Below are positions 12,361 through 24,400 of a DNA stretch of 64,000 bases, piece by piece. Each line of letters opens with the position of its first letter. The stretch's first letter is position 1. Below the pieces are notes generated by a model, which worked only from the letters and a program-made list of their open reading frames with translations, was not told the origin of the DNA and searched no databases. Origin of the DNA: Podarcis gaigeae (Eukaryota). The translations under genes and the position numbers were made by a program. The stretch is taken from NCBI GenBank assembly GCA_964106915.2, contig OZ066917.1; one strand, 5' to 3'.

Positions 12361-14294
12361 TAAGTTGCTGTCCAGGGGGTTTTCCAGCCAGAACCCGCTG
12401 GAACACGGTTCTGGCACCTCTCAGATGGGTGCCATTGCCATTATAAGAGAACAATGGAGGCGTTCATGGTGAGTTCTGGCACCTCTTTTTCTAGAAAAAT
12501 AGCAATGTGTATGCTGATACAGAAACACTAGGCATTCTTCATTGAGTACTTTCCAAGTAAGCCTAGATAGGATTATGCTTCAGGAGTTGGTGTGGAGTAA
12601 TGTTTGCACATAGGTAAGATTCCAGATCAAATTCCACTGCAACTATTGTCTCACTTGATGCCTGAACAAAGTCAGTCAGCTTGAGCCTTTTATCTGCAAT
12701 ATGAGGATAGTTAAACTGAGACCTGCCTTATAGGGTTGCGGTAAGGATTACTGATATAACGTATGTGAACTCTAAAAATTCCTATCGTAAGTTTACGGGG
12801 GAGTTTTACTATCTGATGCCGGAGTCCTCTCTTAATTCCTGGATTCAGCAAGGGTTAAAATCTAACAGGTTTTCATTGTTGAATTAGCCAGGCAAGGGTC
12901 ATAGTGACCAAAGTAAGGTATAGCAAAGGAGGTTGCTCTGTACCAGAAGGCAAATGGATGGCAGTGAGAAAGACAGGCCAGTGTGAGAGAGAGCTGGGCT
13001 AGAAGCAGATTGCAGGCACAAGCCAGAAAGTGCGACCACGCTTGATTTCTGCTTGAATCCAAGGCTGTGACTGTGGGAGAAGCAAGACATCTTGGGGTGT
13101 TAATGCTGTGAGCCCCTTCATTTAAAAACCATATATCATAGATATCACAGTCTCCACTATTCCTCATTCCAAAGAAACCGAATTCTGAGCAAGCACTTGG
13201 AACCTCTGGAATCTCGCACCACTTTGAAATTATTTATTATTATTATTTCATTATTTCTACCCAACCCATCTGACTGGGGTGGCATGCAACATTACTATAT
13301 ATGTTTCTTTTTTCCAGCACTTTTTTGTGCAACCTCAAACCAGCAAAGTACATTGCAGAACTTCATATAAATGTCTGTCACCTCCCACATTTCATCTTAA
13401 GGCTGTGACTTAAAGCAGACTCCATCTTTGGCTCCAATATCAGCGAAATTTTTCCACCCCTCCCTTCCTCTTGTTTTGTTTACCCTCTAGCCTAATGAAG
13501 CATTTTGGAGAATTCAAAAACTTGCATGTTGCCACATTGGCTTAATAAAGATACTGCTGTAATGTGGGTTTTGACATTTTTCTAATAGGCCAGTTTGACC
13601 ACCTTTGCTTTCTAACTGAATGCTAAATATTATAGGAAATCTGAGCCAGATTATTATTTATGGTGTAACTGTTTTAACACATCCTCTCCTTTTAGTCCCT
13701 TGATATTTTGTACTGTCAACAACTGGGATAATTAATTCCTTGGAGTCCACTAGCAGCATTTCCCAAAGAGAACTGCAATGTTTACCATATATTCTGTTGG
13801 GTAAATATTAAGCAAGGTTATTCATTTGTTAAGCATGTTAATACTATACATGTTTACTCAGAACAGGGGTGAGGAACCTGTGGCCCTATCAAACGGTGTT
13901 GAAGCTCCAGCCACCATGGCCAATGGTCAGAGATGACAGGAGTTCAAGTTCATGTGGGGAACATATTCCCCTTGCCTGTCAACTAAATACAGGAGAGCTT
14001 ACTTCTCACTAAGTATGCACACAAAAATGGGGCTGTGTATCCACTGAACTTCATTTGTTAGGCTTGCCTAAGCTTGTGCGAAATCAGGCAAAAGAGGAAG
14101 GAAACAAAACGGTGAGCAATTCCTTTTCCCAGTGGCTAGCACAATAGACTGAATTCTGCACTGCAACATGGGAACACAGGGAATCAGTCCCATAAGCTCT
14201 TCATTTACAAATTGATCTTACTATTACATGTTTCCACATCCCTGAATGATGATTCCGGAAGAACAACTATTATACACATCATACAATTACTGCC

Positions 14295-14525
14295 CACAAG
14301 CAACTGGTATTCAGAGGCAAACCACCTCTGGTACTGGTGGTAGTACACAGCCTTCAGGACTAGTAGCCAGTGATAACTTTATCCTCCATGAATTTGTTTA
14401 ATCCCCTTTTAAAGCCATCGCAAGTTGGTGGCATCACTACATCCTGTGGTCACAAATTCTTTTGTTTTAAGTACACTGTGAAGAAGTAAATTATTTTGTC
14501 TGTACTGAAGCTTCTAGCTTTCAGC
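14295..14525 (-). mobile_element. CR1 LINE 3' fragment
   Basis: Similar to 6305-6520 (tcctccatgaatttgtttaatccccttttaaagccatc). Confidence 0.55.
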
Positions 14526-15106
14526 TAAAGCAACCACTGCTTCTTTATTCCTAGCCTAGTATTTTAAGGTTCATAGGCCTACTTCTGAGGAAGCAGCATA
14601 GGATTCCATTGTAAGTTCTATTATGTGAATGCTGCAGTCCTTTCTTCACTTACTTGGGAGAATGTCCCAAGGGGTTTACTTTTGAATAGAGGTGTATAGG
14701 ATTGCACTCTAATCTGTCAATTAATTTGAAATAAAACCTAGTGTGATCGAGGGAAGCAATGGGGCGTAGTTCCCTTGGCCACAAACTCTGTTTAGTACAC
14801 AACCAAATGGCAGACTGTTTATGCTATAAACTTTACGGCATCACCTATAACCCTGATAAATGCAATAACATTTTCTTAACGGAGGCCATAAAATAGTTCC
14901 CAGAGCACATTAGTTATTGGGCAGGACCAAATTTTGGGAGAAAATGAACAAGAACTTGGCCCTGGTGCCTTTTGCCAAATATGAGCCTGTAGTTGCAGCA
15001 TACCTGGCTACAATTAACATACACACCTGCATCTGAGCATGTACAGAGTACACCCCCCCACACATGCATCCCCAGGGGATATTTCAGACCCCAAGGCATT
15101 TCTATT

Positions 15107-15178
15107 TAGAATCATAGAACTGTCGAGTTGGAAGGCACCCCAAGAGTCATCTAGTCCAACCCCCTTGCAATACAGGGA
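15107..15178 (-). mobile_element. CR1 3' terminal fragment
   Basis: tagaatcatagaa...gagttggaagg...tctagtccaacccc, the reverse complement of the CR1 (ATTCTATG)n tail. Similar ends occur at 23839-23920 (-) and about 62275-62348 (+). Confidence 0.65.
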
Positions 15179-15299
15179 TTTATTTATTTTCACGCCCTGA
15201 AAGACAGCAAAGTGTGACGAACAGGAGAGGCGTGTGATCCCCCCATTATTATTATTATTTGAGAAAAGAAAAAAAAACCCACTTCTCCCTCTGCCTCCA

Positions 15300-16100
15300 G
15301 GCTCAAGCAGGGGAGGAGGAGGAGGAGAGCCTCCCGATTCGTCAACGAGTCCGATTGACGGCCCCGACCCTAGCCGCCGATAGGCTGCCGCTCGCCCATG
15401 GGGGCGGAGCCTCCTCCGTCGCCCTGGGAGACGGGCGAGGTTGAAGCCGGAAGCGGGCGCTTAAAGCGGAGGGCGGGGCCAGGCGAGGCTTATTCGGCTA
15501 GCGGGAGCAGCGGCTGGGGTGGTGGCCGCTGCCTTGCGCGATCCCGGAGGCGGGCTGCGCGGTGTGGCCGGAGGTGAACCGCCATGGGCTGCTTCTTCTC
15601 CAAGCGGAGGAAGCAGGCCAAAGAGCCGAAGCCCGGCGGCGAGAGCGAGGACGGAGACGTCGCGGTGCCCTCGGAGGCCGAGAAGCAGCCGCAGTACAGC
15701 TGGGACCAGCGAGCCAAGGTAACCCTCCGCCCTGCCGCCCACTCCCCGCCAGGACCAGCTGCTGCTTCCCTCCCTTTCTTCCTCCCCCGTTGCTTCTCCC
15801 TTGACTGCACGCGTGATCCTCCCTTTCGGACGCCCCTTTCTCCCCTTGGGGCTCCTTCCTTCCCCGCTGCATCTGCCAAGGATGCACGTGTGAACGCCCT
15901 TGGAACAGACACGGATCGGCTTGGGGTGGCGGAAGCCTGGGTTTTTCCTCCTATCGGCTCTTCCAAGTGCCTCTTCGGGAGGGGGTGGGTGGAAGGGGCC
16001 ACACTTCTTGGACCTGAGCGTGAGGGGGGGGGGGTTGTTTTTGCAGAAAAATCTGTATTTAGACGCCCTTCCGTAGGCGGTTGTGGTCCAAAATTGCTCG
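15300..16100 (+). promoter_or_regulatory. CpG island / promoter of RP2, divergent from SLC9A7
   Basis: CpG-rich, with GGGCGG boxes, ETS CCGGAAG near 15448 and X-box-like GTCGCCCTGGGAGAC at 15418-15432, all upstream of the ATG at 15584. Confidence 0.75.
15584..15718 (+). CDS. RP2: RP2 coding exon 1 (45 codons)
   Basis: GCCATGG Kozak; [10 protein letters not shown]...QYSWDQRAK; donor AAG|GTAACC. Confidence 0.95.
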
Positions 16101-18404
16101 GGTACCTTAATGTCCTTAATGTTGTGCAAGCAATTCTGCTACGTGTGGACTTCCATGTCGCTCATCATCTGTTTTCTTCGGCGCCTCTCTACTGACGTCC
16201 CGAGTTCCTTTTTTTACACGTCTTCTGTCTTTCGTTACTCTTCCTTCCTCTCTGCGTGTACTTCCTTTTCCAGCACGTCTTATCCTCTTACCTGCTTACG
16301 GAGCAGGCTCAACATCTCTTAGCGCATCCCTAAGGAAGGTGGTTATCTAACTCCTTAAATCTGCCCTTACTATGCATAGTAAGTGTTGTGGGATCCTAAA
16401 GACTACAACAAAGGGTTGTGGAATAAGCTGTTTTGTACTTTCACTCTCAGCATCCTGCGAAAGGTATTTCAAATCATGCCACCAATCGATTTGCCTTTGA
16501 GGTACCTCAGCACATCTTGTGTTTGGCAGCTGATATAGTTATCGCTCTGGGATTTTGAGCAAAGAGGGCATCATTGTAATCTTGTGTATCTGATTGTAAA
16601 ACATAATGGTTTCCTCTTATTTCATCCCTCCTACCCACCCCCACCCCTTGTGAATTGGCAATGAGGCTGCAGGTAGTAGCCAAGGCAGCTGTTTCCCACA
16701 GAGGATTCTGTGCTTGTTTGCTAACTAATTGCATTTTTTCCACAACACTATGTAAGCTGCTCTTTGAGGTTGCATACACTTTATTTTCCTGGCTCCCTAA
16801 TTATTTATTGTTTAGTTGGTTCTGTGCATTGGGTATTTCAAAATTTAGAGGTAATGTAACACTTGACTCATGTTATGGTCATGTGCTTGGTGGGTGGTGG
16901 AGGTGATTTCAACTGAGGAAGCTTTTCTGTAGTTTTTGACTCAACTTCCTCTTGTGGTAATGAAAGGAACTTCCCTTAAACAGTATAGTTTGCAATTTGA
17001 TAGATCTCATACTAAGGAGTGTAAAATGTTTCGTTGTATGACACCATTATTCTTTTTAGTCCACTAACCCTTTGGTTCCATAAACTCATCCCCTGTACCC
17101 CCTGCCCTATAAAAAAAACTTTATTCAGAAAAGTGCTTTGCATGATGTTCTAAGGAAGATAGCAAGACAATAAGATTCTAGACAGTAAGATGAGAAAGTG
17201 ACAATCATTTGCACAATTACTGTATACAAAATCCAATTAAACTATTTAGTTTCATTCAGCATAATTTATGCATTTAAATCAGTGATACCAGCTTTTCAAA
17301 GTCTGATAGTCATTTACACCTCTAGTCATTTACACCCCTGGTAGCCCCTAGACCAGGCATCCCCAAACTCGACCCTCCAGATGTTTGGGACTACAACTCC
17401 CATCATCCCTAGCTGACGGGACCAGTGGTCAGGGATGATGGGAAATGTAGTCCCAAAGTATATGGAGGGCTGAGTTTGGGGGTGCCTGCCCTAGACTCTT
17501 GGTGCCTGCTCCTGTCAGCCATCCCGCTGCTCCCTTGAGGAACCACTGTCCTACATAGGATGAATCCTCTTACACGTTAGGGTATGAACTGCTCCCAATG
17601 TAGATACGGAAATGAAACACTATTCCATTCTTCAGAGTGACAGTGTCCTTGAAATAAACATTCAGTATGCTGTTGAAGTGATCAGGTTAAATATTAATTG
17701 GTGTGTTATTTCAAATGTCATTTCATTTGAAGTTATTGTTGAGCTTGATTTTCCCCAATATCTGCCATCCTGCATGCTTAGAGGTGGGGAATCTGTGCTC
17801 CTCTAGATATTGCAAGACTCACAACAGGCTTAGCCAGCATGGACAGTGGTCAGGGATTATGGCAGTGCTGCCGAGCATCGTCTTGAGGACTGCACTTTCC
17901 CCACCTCTTGTCATTAGGCCTGTCTGTTCCTTTTCTGAGACTGCATATAGCATATGAATGCCCATGTGTTTCAGGGAATAGCCCTTCCTTTTAAAGAGAG
18001 TGCCTAGGCAAACTGTACTAATTCCCTGTGCTATCACTATTCTAAAGCATTGCAGACTTACCTGCAGCAGACTTGACACACTTAAATTTAAGAGTTATAT
18101 TTATATTTAACATGGCCAAATGCCCTTGTCACCTAAGGCTCTTAAGTGGATTAAATAAAGCCACCAGTTTAATATGTTTTAAAACGGATGGTGATGGGGG
18201 AGGATTGGAATTAAGGCAGACGAGGCAATGTTCTGAATCTGTTTAGACCTTGTTGGGTTGTTTTCATAGCTTGCTTAGGTCCCCCCCCCCCCCCCCGTAA
18301 AGTTTTTGGGGTTTTTTGGTACTTGTGCAAACCATGGTTTCCTCTGAAAATGCAAAGTGGTGCTGTTTGGGCTATATGAGGGACCTCCTTTTTGAGAATT
18401 AAAA

Positions 18405-18456
<52 letters not shown>

Positions 18457-21400
18457 TGTATGTGTGTGTGTATATACACACACACACCATTAATTCAGGG
18501 CTAGTTCTGTATACATTTTCCTAGTGTCATCTTCTCCAGCTCTTCTATAGCAGGAGTGAGCAGACCAGCATTGTCAAATCTACTTGGTTTTTTACTTGAA
18601 CCCTAAGAAGGGGGGGGAGAGACGGGGACCAGAGACATAAGGAGAAGGCATGAAATCAGAATTAAAGAACTGCAGGTCTATGAGTGCATGCTGAGCCTAG
18701 GAACTGGGTTGGAAAGAGCACAGAAAGAAGAAACTCCATGGTACACAGCACAACCGGATGCCTCATATGCCTCACAGCAGGTGTTATAACTCTACAACAG
18801 TTTGACTTCACCCCAGAAGACACACTCTTCCATTGTCCCCTGAGATTGTTGGATAGCAACCAACATCTAGAAATGAATTAAGATTTTAAATCAAGTCCAC
18901 TCCTTCTTAGCTTTCTTCATTTCAGCAGCCTAATTTACATAAAAATACTATATTGTAGCCATTGTTCAATAATTGGGAGTCTGTAGCTCTTGCTGATCTA
19001 CTGCAGATCCCTGCAAGATCTACCAGTAGATTCTGATCTGCCTGCTGCAGCTCTTTAGAATATATGGTTTGGCATTAGCAAGATAATCCTAATCAAATTG
19101 GCTGTACTTTCATATTTCAAACACAGCTAGAAAATCAAGAGTGTGGGTGAGCCTTAATTTCAGGTCATTTTAGGTCCTAAAACTAACTTTATTGAAAGGC
19201 GTGTGTGAATGTAGATGAAAGTAGGTCAGGTTTTAGTCTGCCTGTAACCACTTTTCAAGAGTTTCCTACTGGTACATTTCATACATGAGACAAGAAAACC
19301 ATTTGTAGTACAGTAGATAGTATGATCTTGTGGTGTTGTAGCTATAATTTGTAATTGGTTGCCTATTCTTTTAATTCTGTTGTGCTCTGCCAGAAGGCTA
19401 AATAAAATATCTGGTATATGAGCATGGAATGGAGCAGGACTGAACAGGCCACACACAGTTACAGAGAACAGCATTACTGGGCATTCCTGAGTTCGTGACA
19501 TGCCTTTGTATCTTTTCTTGTCCTGCCTTGCTCAATCCTGGACTATCTATAATTTCAACATTCACAATACACTTTTAAAAGCATTTTTAAAGCATATTTC
19601 AGGGCAGAAGAAGAGCACTAAAATGTGTGACAGTTCCCAGCAATATGTGTAACTTCGCTTTCTGTGCAATTTTAGTTCCACTTGGGACTAGTCTAATACA
19701 GAAAATTATGTACATGTATCTGCATGTAGTGTATAAATAGAACATTTTACAGGAAAAATACTACTGTGATGTGACTTTGGGGAGTTTTTTCCCCTTTCTG
19801 ATCAACTTCCTTTTTTATAAGGGACTCAGTAAATAAACTGAATAGTTATTTTAACATAGTTATGTTACCTGGGTTTAATAGCATATGTAGTTGATCCCTT
19901 TTAGAAAAGGTTTAGAGATGCAACTTTGAAGTTGCCTTGTTTCAACAAGCCATAGGTAAAGGTAAAGGGACCCCTGGCCATTAGGTCCAGTCATGGCCAA
20001 CTCTGGGGTTGCGGCGCTAATCTCGCTTTATTGGCTGAGGGAGCCGGTGTACAGCTTCCGGGTCATGTGGCCAGCATGACTAAGCCGCTTCTGGCGAACC
20101 AGAGCAGCGCATGGAAACGCCGTTTACCTTCCCGCCAGAGCGGTACCTATTTATCTACTTCCACTTGACGTGCTTTTGAACTGCTAGGTTGGCAGGAGCA
20201 GGGACCGAGCAACGGGAGCTCACCCCTTCGCGGGGATTTGAACCGCCGACCTTCTGATCGGCAAGTCCAAGGCTCTGTTGTTTAACCCACAGCGCCACCC
20301 GCGTCCCTATAATTAATTAATTAATTAATTATTAATGTTAACTATGGTTTGTCGCAATTTGGATGTCATGGCAAACAAAGCAAAACCTTCCAGACTGCTT
20401 CTTAAGACTATACAGAAGAAGCAAGGCTTACTGTGGCACCATTCTTCTATCACCAGTGTTCGAAACTCCCATTGTTCTAGGCACATTTTGCGACAGGGAA
20501 TTTCATTAGCATGAGCAGTTTCTGAGCTCTGGGGTGCAGTACTACACCTAAGATTTCAGATTAAAAATGCAGAGTGGAAGGAAAGGAGGACTTTTTTCTA
20601 TCTTCCCACTTCCAGCTACTCTCTGAAAACTGGAGAAGAGGCCCTTTTAAGACTATTAGTGGGGTGGGCAGGGGAAGGACTAGACCATGTGAAAAATAAA
20701 CATAATATTTTAGCTGCAGTTCCTTCATTTTCTGCTTTGTATTCTTACTATATAAAAAAGCGTGCCTAGACATTCCATTGTTGCGCCCATAAGCTAGGTT
20801 TAAGGTGCCATTTAGCTCCTAGCTTTCATATCTCAGTTTTTAACACTATCACCAAGTCAGTTTAGTGTTTCGTGTGAATGAACTTTTTCAAGTTGATAAG
20901 AACTGCATTCTTCAAGTTACCAATTTGTTTACGGTGCAGTAATATGGTGATATGGACGTGGGTGGCGCTGTGGGTAAAACCTCAGCGCCTAGGACTTGCC
21001 AATCGTATGGTCGGCAGTTCGAATCCCCGTGGCGGGGTGCGCTCCCGTTGCTCGGTCCCAGCGCCTGCCAACCTAGCAGTTCGAAAGCACCCCTAAGTGC
21101 AAGTAGATAAATAGGGACCGCTTACTAGCAGGAAGGTAAACGGCATTTCCGTGTGCGGCTCTGGCTTGCCAGAGTAGCTTCGTCACGCTGGCCACGTGAC
21201 CCGGAAGTGTCTGCGGACAGCGCTGGCTCCCGGCCTCTAGAGTGAGATGAGCGCACAACCCTAGAGTCTGTCAAGACTGGCCCATACGGGCAGGGGTACC
21301 TTTACCTTTAATATGGTGATATACAAATGTTAGATTTCGTATCTAAAAGTCAGTTTTACTTTTTGCTCCTTGAGGGAATTGGGAGGAAAATTAATATTTG

Positions 21401-24400
21401 AGGAAGTTAAACTAGATTGCAACAGTGCTTCAACTGCAGTCTTAACATTACCAAATAAAATGGGGAAAGAAGACAAAAAGGAAACAAAGCAGCTCTTAGC
21501 ATTTGGCCTTCAATTCGCTATGACACCAGGGAAGAACAAAAATGATGGCATGAAATGCTGCCTGAATAGTCTTGGTTCTACATGGATGCTTCTGTTCCTG
21601 TACTAGATTTCAGTGTGGTTTTTATTTTGAGAATCTTCTGAAAGACCAGAATATGAGTATTCTAAGTAAATAGCAGGTTTAAAAAGCACATTATTTGTAT
21701 TCTGTTTCTGGCAGTAATACGACTTGCTGGCTAATTTTATTAAATTATTATGTTCTGAATTACCTCAATTATCTGTTGATGTTGTGGATGTGTTGTAACT
21801 TGGCTTGCTATCTATAGCCTAAAGTTACCTAAATGCAATTATACTCCCTTAAAACAGTAATCATTTCTCTGCCCTTTCCTTAATAAAGTTAATCTGGAGT
21901 ATATGATGGTGCCCTATGCCAAGTCAGATCATGAGTTCATATAGCTCAATGTTGTTGGCACTGATAGACAGTGGCTCTTCGAGATTTCATGATGGAGTAA
22001 TTTCCCCAGCCCCCCCCGGGGGGGGAAGGTGGATTTAACCTGTGATCTCTTGCAAGCAAAGCATATGCTCTGTTACTGAATTACAGCCCCTCCCCAGTGT
22101 ACATATTTAACTGTAAACCTTAGCAATTCTGTTCTGCAAAAGGTTATTTTATCAGTGAAAAGGCATCACTGAACTTCTGTGTGTTCAGTTTTATTTCATG
22201 GCACAACTTCATATCTGACTGGTTGACCATTGTATGCCACTTGTACATTCATTGGCAACAAAAATCAGTCCAAAAAGAATCTCTTTCCTTGCATCTCTTA
22301 TCCTTGAGTAACAGGACAGTTGCTTATATAAATAACAGAAAATATTTCTTTGGAATACAGCAATGTCACAAAAGAAGTAAGTCATTCACCACAATGTGCT
22401 AAGTTTCTCTTAGGGATAGCTTATTGAGCGTATTGTCTTGCTACATCCCTGTGCTTTTCTTTCAGATTGATCCCAAAGACTACATGTTTTCTGGGCTCAA
22501 GGGCGAAACAGTCGGACGTTTACCTGGGAAAGTTGCAGGGCAACAGTTTGTTATTCAGGACTGTGAAAACTGCAATATCTACATCTTTGACCACTCGGCC
22601 ACAATCACTATTGATGACTGTACAAACTGCCGAATATTTTTAGGACCTGTGAAAGGCAGCGTGTTTTTCCGCGATTGCAAAGATTGTAAATGTGTAGTGG
22701 CTTGCCAACAGTTTCGTACCCGGGACTGCAGAAAGATGGACGTCTTTCTGTGCTGTGCCACCCAACCCATCATTGAATCATCTACAGGTATGAAGTTTGG
22801 GTGTTTCCAGTACTACTATCCAGAGCTGGCTTTGCAGCTGAAAGACGCAGGGCTGAGCATCTTTAACAATACATGGAGCAATATCCATGATTTCACACCA
22901 GTATCGGGAGAGAACAACTGGAGTCTTCTAGCTGCGGACGCTTTAGTTCAGGACCATGTACCACTGCCAACCACTGAGGAACTGAAAGCTGTCAGGATTT
23001 CAACGGATGCCCACAGGAGTATAATTCCAGTTACACAGGGTAGACGTCCAAAGCACAGTGAAGAATCTTGCCTGGCCGTATTCTTTGCTGGGGATTATAC
23101 AACTGCCAATGCTAGAAAGTTAATTGATGAGGTAAGAAACACACGCCTGTCTCTCCCATCTTGACATGTATTTCTTAAAAACTATGAAACCTTTCTAAAA
23201 ACGTACGTTTAAGTGCCAAACTACTCTTTAGTTCCTAAATGGCTGCTAGGAAGTTGCACTTGGTATAGCCAAACTATTGCTCCGGATTTTTCTGTTTTCC
23301 TATATTCACGTTCACTGTGCGCATAGGAAATTTACTGTGAGGGTGGGGTGCTGTAACTTGACCCTGTAGCCTACTTATTTCTTTTAACCTAGCCATTGGA
23401 GAAAATTCATCAGATTTGGATAAGACCATGGATTGTATACCGTTAGCTTGCATAAAAAGGCTCTGTTCAAGAAAAAAAATTCTGTTTACAATACAGTGGT
23501 ACCTTGGGTTAAGAACTTAATTCGTTCTGGAGGTCCGTTCTTAACCTGAAACTGTTCTTTACCTGAGGTACCACTTTAGCTAATGGGGCGGCCGCGCGAT
23601 TTCTGTTCTCATCCTAAGGCAAAGTTCTTAACCTGAGGTACAATTTCTGGGTTAGTGGAGTCTGTAACCTGAAGCATCTGTAACCCGAGGCATCACTGTA
23701 TTCAGTCGTTTGCTTTACCTTTGTCCCCCTAGTGAAGGAAGGGTCTCTGATGCACTGTATGGGGAGTGGGACTTGAAGAAGAGTGCCTTGATGGAAGGTT
23801 CTGTCGCATCAAATAATTTTCCATAGGGCACCATTTTGTAGAATCATAAAATCATAGAATCTTAAGAGTTGGAAGGGATCCAAGAGTCAGCTAGTCCAAC
23901 CCCCTGCAATGCAGGAACCTTAGCTATACCATTTATATACCACCCCATGTCATCTGCGGATGGGGGTTGCCTCACATTTTTCATTTGTGCACTTGCCACG
24001 GTGGCTTATCACTTTGGAACATGATAGCTGTGTATAACCTGAGGTTCACTAAAATGGGGAAGAAGCATAGGAACCAACTCCTTGGGCCTGAGTTCCCTTC
24101 GCCCCACCATAAAATATCTGAGGGGACCGTCCCCTCCCATGGTTGACGTGCATTGCATTCAACTGTGGGGCAGAGCTTACCTGCCCCCATCCCCACTATT
24201 TTATTCCAGCTCCCATCTCTGGGAGGAAGCATAAAGAAACAAAGGTGAAGCAAATGACTGAATATTGTAAACAGGATTTATTTATTTTTTGCATATATTG
24301 GTTATAGTCTTTATGCAAGCAAAATAATATGTTAAGTAATATTTAGTTAATTTATATGAAATTCTAATTCTTGTTGCAATAGATGACCGGCAAAGGCTTC

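Noticed and set aside
13488-13560. Penelope-like 3' fragment with a possible hammerhead ribozyme core
   Set aside because: The catalytic boxes are degenerate (CTAATGA instead of CTGATGA, CAAA instead of GAAA), so at most it is a dead remnant.
15461-16195. 130-222 aa ORFs over RP2 exon 1 and intron 1, including the 203-aa read-through
   Set aside because: Only the first 45 codons match RP2; the rest is GC-rich intron or antisense sequence with no homology signal.
20954-21030. tRNA-like A/B boxes, also at about 34070-34130 and in other SINE heads
   Set aside because: These are tRNA-derived SINE heads, not tRNA genes: there is no full cloverleaf and they continue into SINE body and tail.
22010-22025. 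C8G8 perfect palindrome
   Set aside because: Homopolymer slippage inside a decayed SINE, possibly sequencing noise; no further support.
23494-23698. Regularly spaced TAACCTGA repeats resembling a CRISPR-like array
   Set aside because: These are internal sub-terminal repeats of a mariner-type MITE with a TA TSD in a vertebrate intron.
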